This document shows, one piece after another, positions 59,010 to 64,000 of a stretch of 64,000 bases of DNA; the stretch's first letter is position 1; the number at the start of each line of letters is the position of its first letter. The stretch is from Deltaproteobacteria bacterium (GTDB lineage: Bacteria > Myxococcota_A > Polyangia > Polyangiales > Houyiibacteriaceae). The position numbers and the translations under genes are program-made. A model generated the notes under the pieces. That model saw nothing but the letters and a program-made list of their open reading frames with translations. It was not told where the DNA came from and made no database searches. The stretch spans positions 1 to 64,000 of the forward strand of contig JAXMNT010000034.1 of the NCBI GenBank assembly GCA_034670305.1, read 5' to 3'.

Positions 59010-59130
59010 CCCCGGACGGAGCCGCCGAAGGCGTCGTCTCCCCGGACGAAGCGCGCGAAGCGCTTTAGACCGAGCGCGCGAGCGCTGCAAACGTCTCTCC
59101 CCTCGGACGGAGCGCGCGAAGGCGCGCGCG
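59010..59130 (+). repeat. Cluster of four family A repeats
   Basis: ccccggacggagccgccgaaggcg; ccccggacgaagcgcgcgaagcgc; gaccgagcgcgcgagcgc; aaacgtctctcccctcggacggagcgcgcgaaggcgc. Confidence 0.85.
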
Positions 59131-59137
59131 TCGGCAT

Positions 59138-62100
59138 TTAGGTGAAGTCGATACCCACGACCGATATCGCTGCAACCGCTGGGTTGGTCGCTACAATCTT
59201 GGAGGCATAGTTTTGTAGGAGGATGAGGAGTCGATCGTACTGAACCACGGAGCCCGTCGTGGGCTCCACCCACCCTTGCGAACGCCGCTCGGTCTGCGCA
59301 AGAACGAAGATGCCGTGCTTGGCCTGCCCATCTCGCATATAGCGACCAACGAGTTGATCTTCTATTGCGTGTTCTAAAGCAGGGATAGTGTATTGGTTCT
59401 TGGCGAGCCGCTTTAGCTCGATAGTTACGCGAGGAATCCCAGGAATATGAACGGAAATATCGGTCCTCTTGCTATCAAGAACCTCTGCTTCGCGAACCAC
59501 AGAGTAGACGGTCCCCCAGCGAAAGTCGAGTTGGTCCGCCATCCACTCTGCAACTGCAGACTCCTCGGCGTGTGGGTGAACTAGACTACGATAAGAGTGA
59601 TCGCCGGATTGCACCCGGTCAACTATTAGTGCGATGTGCCGCGTCAATAGGGTAAAGAGTTCGCGATCATCACTTGGTAGGCGCACATCGCAGCGTTCGA
59701 TTGACAGGATATCGTCCGGGGTTAGGGTCAAAGACTCAAGGGACGCGCGCGAACGCAACTGGGCCGCTCGATAGAATGACAACTCTTCATGCCACGAAGA
59801 GAGAGAGGAAGATTGCATGAGGTGGTCGAAGAGCTGAGTTGCCGTCTCCGTACCGTTCTTGGATATGGAGTTCAAGATGTGAGTTCGATAGTACTCAGCT
59901 TCATCAGCATCTGTGGATGAGTATACAGTGTTGGCAGGACGGTTCGGTGCTGTAATGCGAGAGAGTAGCAGTCGTACAAAGGGCAACAGTCGTGAGATAT
60001 GGGAGAAGCTCCTGGCCTCCCTAGAGTCGAGAGTGCCACGCAATAGATCGTTGGACATTCGAGCGGCGACTCCGGTGGCAAGCTCTGAGGGACAGCTACC
60101 GGGGCGCGAATCTATCCACGATGATGTGGCTTCAGGATCCGTAATGAGACATCCCGTCAGAACAGGTATGAGTGCGCCAATATCGTCGGGGAGATCGTAT
60201 CGGTCGCAGACTGTGGCCAGTGCGTCAGCGATGCATTCATTCGAGCGCTCGGAGGCGAGTAGTATCGATGCCGCGTGGGCGCTCACCTCGGGTGAGCTTG
60301 GATTGGCGGTGCGGATCAACTCTATGATCTCGTCCGACGCCATCTCTATGAGCCTAGGCCCAGCACCGGATAGCAGTCGTATGGACTGAGGAGTAGTGGT
60401 CCAATCGCGGCTAATCTCTCGTCTAATCCACTTGCGCGCGACCGAAGGGTGAATGGTGGCCAAGTGTGACACCCAGGACGGATAGCGATTGAGAGAGTGG
60501 GCGGCATGCCTGAACAGCAGCGCGGCTTCGCTGGGACTGACGTCCTCGGGTCGACCTCCTTCTGCGAACCACACTTGAGCGCTGAGAAGCCCTACTACGC
60601 CGAGGGGATTGACTTTTGTTGGGGTGGGTCCCAGCGGGGCGAAGGTGGACCATACATCCCGGATTCCACGGAGGAGTAGCTCGGCGACCGTGTTCCCGAG
60701 GTACGCTACAACACGCTCACGCGAATACTCAAATCGGTCTGATGAGAACCCCAGCTGGGCAAACCAAGGCTGGTTCGCCAGTTGACACAGCAGCCCGAGG
60801 TGGCCGTTCTCCAGAGCGTGGGCATTGCATGCTAGGCAGCGAATACGTCGGATCTTCGCCAACCTGTCTTTTGCAGCCTGTCGTCGGGCAGACCGGCCAG
60901 CCGAAGTCGGTGGATTCATGGTTGCTAGTGCTGCGGGAAACGATGCAAGGATGGCGGCACGGTGTGACGAATCGCTGCCCCCTTCTAGATACAGTCGACA
61001 CAGCAGATGGACGGCGACGAACTCCTCCGCATTCGGAATGTGTTTTTTGAGAAATGGGCTTAGCCACGGAGTATCCGCAGGCTTGAAGCGCCAGGATCGG
61101 CTACTTTGGACCCACGCGAAGAGGCGTTTTTTATTGCGGACTATGGCGTCCGTGAGCAGGATTTCACGCAAGTTTATGGTGGCTTGGCTCAGAGCTGTCG
61201 CGAGTGAATCTAGCGGTAGATCGTATCGGTGCTCCGCGCTCCGCTCCAGGAAACTAAGTGCATCCAGTAGGATTGGCATCAATCTCGGCGGAATTGGCTG
61301 TCGTCGGATGACCAATCTCGATACGACTTCTTCTAGGAGTCTTGCAACCCACAGATGCTTCTTGTTGCAGATTCGACCTCCACGTGATCGTGTGCGGGAG
61401 TAGAAGTGGGCAATAGTGTGGAGTCCACGCGCAAGTCTCCAAAGCGAACGCTCCGGCGCGCGGTTGCTGACGGCGCTGACTAGAGAAGCATCTGCTGCGA
61501 GGTCGGCACCAACCATCTGCGCAACTAGTGCCAGAACTTGGTTGGTAGACAGTTGGTCTGGGAACGCAACTCGGACTAGCGAAGAAATGAGTTCGGGGGG
61601 CGGAGTGGGGAGTATGCGTTCCGCAATCTTGCGCACGATGTGCGGAGGGGCAGAGGCAGTTGCCTCGATGGCGGAGGCTCGGGTTTCTAGTGACCGCGTG
61701 GGGTCGATCGCAATGGCAACGAGCTCGCTACTTGCCTGGGTGAGCAAGCCACTCTCAGCAAGACCAAGTAGGAGCTGGAATACTAGTTCGCTTGTTCCTG
61801 GAGTAGAGCAAGCGGTGCGAAGGACAATCGCTATTTCTTGTTCGATTGGCGCATGTGCGAGACTGGCGATGGCAGTAGGTGTGAGCCAGTTGTCTGGTCG
61901 AAGCTGAGAGTCGTGCTGGTGGATCCAGTTGGTGAGGCACTTGGAGAGGGTCGACCTGGGAAGCAGGTAGGGTGCACCGTGAAACAGCAGGGCACCTGGG
62001 TCATGCTCGGTCAGACGCTGACGAACCGCGGTATTCTCAATGGCAACCCAAGCCGCAATAGCCCGTCGACCAGGAGGCACCTGGACGCAATCCGGGAGGG

Positions 62101-63148
62101 GAACGAACAGTAGATCAGCTGGATCAAGCGAAGCACTTCGGGTTCTTCGATCGAGCCATTTTGCCGCAAGATAGTCGACGGATTCGAGTCTCTGAAAGCG
62201 AACCGCGTCTACGGAAGCCGAACCGAACAACGCAGATCCCAGGAGCCATGGGATTAGCTCCGGGCGCCACGTCGGCAATACGACGTGCGGGTCAATCATC
62301 TGCGGGTGACTAGCACTGGAGGTTGCGATGGAGGGGCTCACCCCGAAGGCGATGCAGGCAGCCAGAGTCTGTAGGGCAGAGTACGCGTCCTCGCGGCTGG
62401 GCATGGCTGGAGCGGGATGGTGGTCGCCGCATCCATCCAGGATTGATCTGTGGAGTCGCTCGTGTGGTAGCCCCAGTTTTCCTGTGTCGCGCCATTCACG
62501 GGCAGCTTGCACCGCCTGAAGTGGCCAGAGAACTACACTTGCGCCACCGACCGACCGAAGCCGGTGGAGGAACTGGTCGACGTCGGCTATTCCATTGTCC
62601 TCCGCGATACGTCGGACATCCGAGTTGCTCAGTGGGTTGAGCCTGTAGTACAGGATCTGCTGGTTCGGTTGGAGATCCAAAGCGGCTCGAAGCCGTTCTG
62701 GATCTGTCAGGACATCCCAGTCGCGATTGCGCGATGTGATGATATATCGTGCGGGTCCGTGCACGGACTGAAAGGCTCGAAGTCGGGCCAATGCAATCGT
62801 CAGGCCCTTCGGGTTATGGCGAACTGATTGGTCCGCACCGTCCAGTAGGTAGAGTGGGTTGGAGTCTAGACCTATCGTAGTCTTGAGAAGTACGCCGGGG
62901 TCAAGGTGCACCATTTCCTCGATATCAAGAAAATGGTGATTCTCAAGTTTGGAGAGCTGCTGAAGCTCCGTGGTCTTACCGCTCCCAGCTGGACCTAGGA
63001 TAACCACGCAGAACGCGTTGGAGGTGAGTCTGGTCTGGATATCAACCCAGCTAGCCCTCGCGCCGTCCACATGAGAGGTAGCACGAGGATCTTGAAGCTG
63101 ATGGAAGCGTCGCTCTAGTGAGCTCAGCTTCCCTGGAGTTGGCATCAC
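59138..63148 (-). CDS. STAND/NACHT-like NTPase with helical repeats and C-terminal PD-(D/E)XK-like domain, putative antiphage protein
   Basis: GPAGSGKT, YLLDGAD, IITSR; REAE...RTDI...IELK...DQLVGRYM; AT-richer DNA. Confidence 0.8.
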   Translation of the reverse strand: MMPTPGKLSSLERRFHQLQDPRATSHVDGARASWVDIQTRLTSNAFCVVILGPAGSGKTTELQQLSKLENHHFLDIEEMVHLDPGVLLKTTIGLDSNPLYLLDGADQSVRHNPKGLTIALARLRAFQSVHGPARYIITSRNRDWDVLTDPERLRAALDLQPNQQILYYRLNPLSNSDVRRIAEDNGIADVDQFLHRLRSVGGASVVLWPLQAVQAAREWRDTGKLGLPHERLHRSILDGCGDHHPAPAMPSREDAYSALQTLAACIAFGVSPSIATSSASHPQMIDPHVVLPTWRPELIPWLLGSALFGSASVDAVRFQRLESVDYLAAKWLDRRTRSASLDPADLLFVPLPDCVQVPPGRRAIAAWVAIENTAVRQRLTEHDPGALLFHGAPYLLPRSTLSKCLTNWIHQHDSQLRPDNWLTPTAIASLAHAPIEQEIAIVLRTACSTPGTSELVFQLLLGLAESGLLTQASSELVAIAIDPTRSLETRASAIEATASAPPHIVRKIAERILPTPPPELISSLVRVAFPDQLSTNQVLALVAQMVGADLAADASLVSAVSNRAPERSLWRLARGLHTIAHFYSRTRSRGGRICNKKHLWVARLLEEVVSRLVIRRQPIPPRLMPILLDALSFLERSAEHRYDLPLDSLATALSQATINLREILLTDAIVRNKKRLFAWVQSSRSWRFKPADTPWLSPFLKKHIPNAEEFVAVHLLCRLYLEGGSDSSHRAAILASFPAALATMNPPTSAGRSARRQAAKDRLAKIRRIRCLACNAHALENGHLGLLCQLANQPWFAQLGFSSDRFEYSRERVVAYLGNTVAELLLRGIRDVWSTFAPLGPTPTKVNPLGVVGLLSAQVWFAEGGRPEDVSPSEAALLFRHAAHSLNRYPSWVSHLATIHPSVARKWIRREISRDWTTTPQSIRLLSGAGPRLIEMASDEIIELIRTANPSSPEVSAHAASILLASERSNECIADALATVCDRYDLPDDIGALIPVLTGCLITDPEATSSWIDSRPGSCPSELATGVAARMSNDLLRGTLDSREARSFSHISRLLPFVRLLLSRITAPNRPANTVYSSTDADEAEYYRTHILNSISKNGTETATQLFDHLMQSSSLSSWHEELSFYRAAQLRSRASLESLTLTPDDILSIERCDVRLPSDDRELFTLLTRHIALIVDRVQSGDHSYRSLVHPHAEESAVAEWMADQLDFRWGTVYSVVREAEVLDSKRTDISVHIPGIPRVTIELKRLAKNQYTIPALEHAIEDQLVGRYMRDGQAKHGIFVLAQTERRSQGWVEPTTGSVVQYDRLLILLQNYASKIVATNPAVAAISVVGIDFT

Positions 63149-63153
63149 CTACC

Positions 63154-64000
63154 TCACGAACACCCCATCGAGTTCCCGCAGTTCAGGCACTTATAACAAG
63201 CCCCATTCCGAACCGTAATGTTCCCACACTTCTCGCACATGGGCGCATCCCCCATCATCTCCCCAAGCTGCTGACTCAGCGCATTCTTCGGCCCACCAGC
63301 CACAGCCGGCTTCGCCCCCTCAGTCGCCGCGTCCGCCGAAGCAGAGTCATCAAACCCAAACGTCGCCTGCTCGGCCTTCTTGAACTCAGCCGGCGGAGGC
63401 GTGGAATGCCCGGCCGTCCCCTCGGCCCGCTGCGCCGCCGACACATCGGTCGCGCTCAGAAGCTCTTCCTGCTCCTCCTTCGGAGGCACCTGGGCAAAGT
63501 CGTACCGCTTCAAGTACTCGACGCCCAACACCCTAAAGACGTAGTCGATGATGCTCGTGGAGAACTTGATGTTCGGGTGGCCTTCGACGATGCCGCCGGG
63601 CTCGAACCGCGTGAACGTGAACTGGTTGATGTAGTTCTCGAGCGGGACGCCGTGCTGCAGGCCCATGGAGATCGAGATGGCGAAGCAGTTCATCAGGCTG
63701 CGGAAGCTGGCGCCTTCTTTGTGCATGTCGATGAAGAGCTCGCCGAGGGAGCCGTCGTCGTACTCGCCGGTGCGGAGGAACACTTTGTGTCCGCCGATGC
63801 GGGCTTCTTGGGTGAAGCCGCTGCGCTTCTTCGGCAGGCGGTGCCGCACGCTGTCGGGCGGGCGCAGGCCTTCTTGGGAGGCGTTGGCGACGCGCGGGCG
63901 CGCGGGCGCGGTGATGTCTCCGTTCGAGGTGATCTTCGTGACCTTGGCGGCGAGCGTCTCGGTCTCTTCTTCGTCCTCGTTGTCCTCGTCGGACTGGGCG
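63154..64000 (-). CDS. nrdJ: Class II (B12-dependent) ribonucleotide reductase, C-terminal part, runs off window
   Basis: [27 protein letters not shown]...FTFTRFEP; terminal CEKCG...[12 protein letters not shown]. Confidence 0.92.
   Translation of the reverse strand, partial: AQSDEDNEDEEETETLAAKVTKITSNGDITAPARPRVANASQEGLRPPDSVRHRLPKKRSGFTQEARIGGHKVFLRTGEYDDGSLGELFIDMHKEGASFRSLMNCFAISISMGLQHGVPLENYINQFTFTRFEPGGIVEGHPNIKFSTSIIDYVFRVLGVEYLKRYDFAQVPPKEEQEELLSATDVSAAQRAEGTAGHSTPPPAEFKKAEQATFGFDDSASADAATEGAKPAVAGGPKNALSQQLGEMMGDAPMCEKCGNITVRNGACYKCLNCGNSMGCS

Overview
High-GC window whose gene content (many Cys-rich lipoproteins, MopE-type repeats, an AgmX/PglI C-terminal protein, a MYXO-CTERM-like tail, a CglB-like vWA lipoprotein) suggests a myxobacterium, probably Polyangiales. 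This is inferred from motifs only. Most of the window encodes secreted or surface proteins, plus map, an M14 carboxypeptidase, a TPM-LemA-TPM operon, a duplicated MBL hydrolase, a parDE pair and a bacterial SLC4-like anion transporter. Two loci stand out. (1) 55.4-63.5 kb: an unusually long RAYT-like Y1/HUH transposase bracketed by direct GCGAAGC-hairpin repeats. It is followed by nested copies of its own 3' end that all stop at the same hairpin, then a DUF4145 gene enclosed by the same repeats, then an AT-richer STAND NTPase-nuclease gene coupled to the 3' end of nrdJ. This is a candidate HUH/REP-driven defence-gene capture locus. (2) 43.7-51.1 kb: a divergent pair of large lipoproteins, one with a TcA toxin-like C-terminal half but no TcB/TcC in the window. 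No rRNA, tRNA or CRISPR array was recognised. All family calls are by-eye motif recognition and need HMM or structure confirmation.
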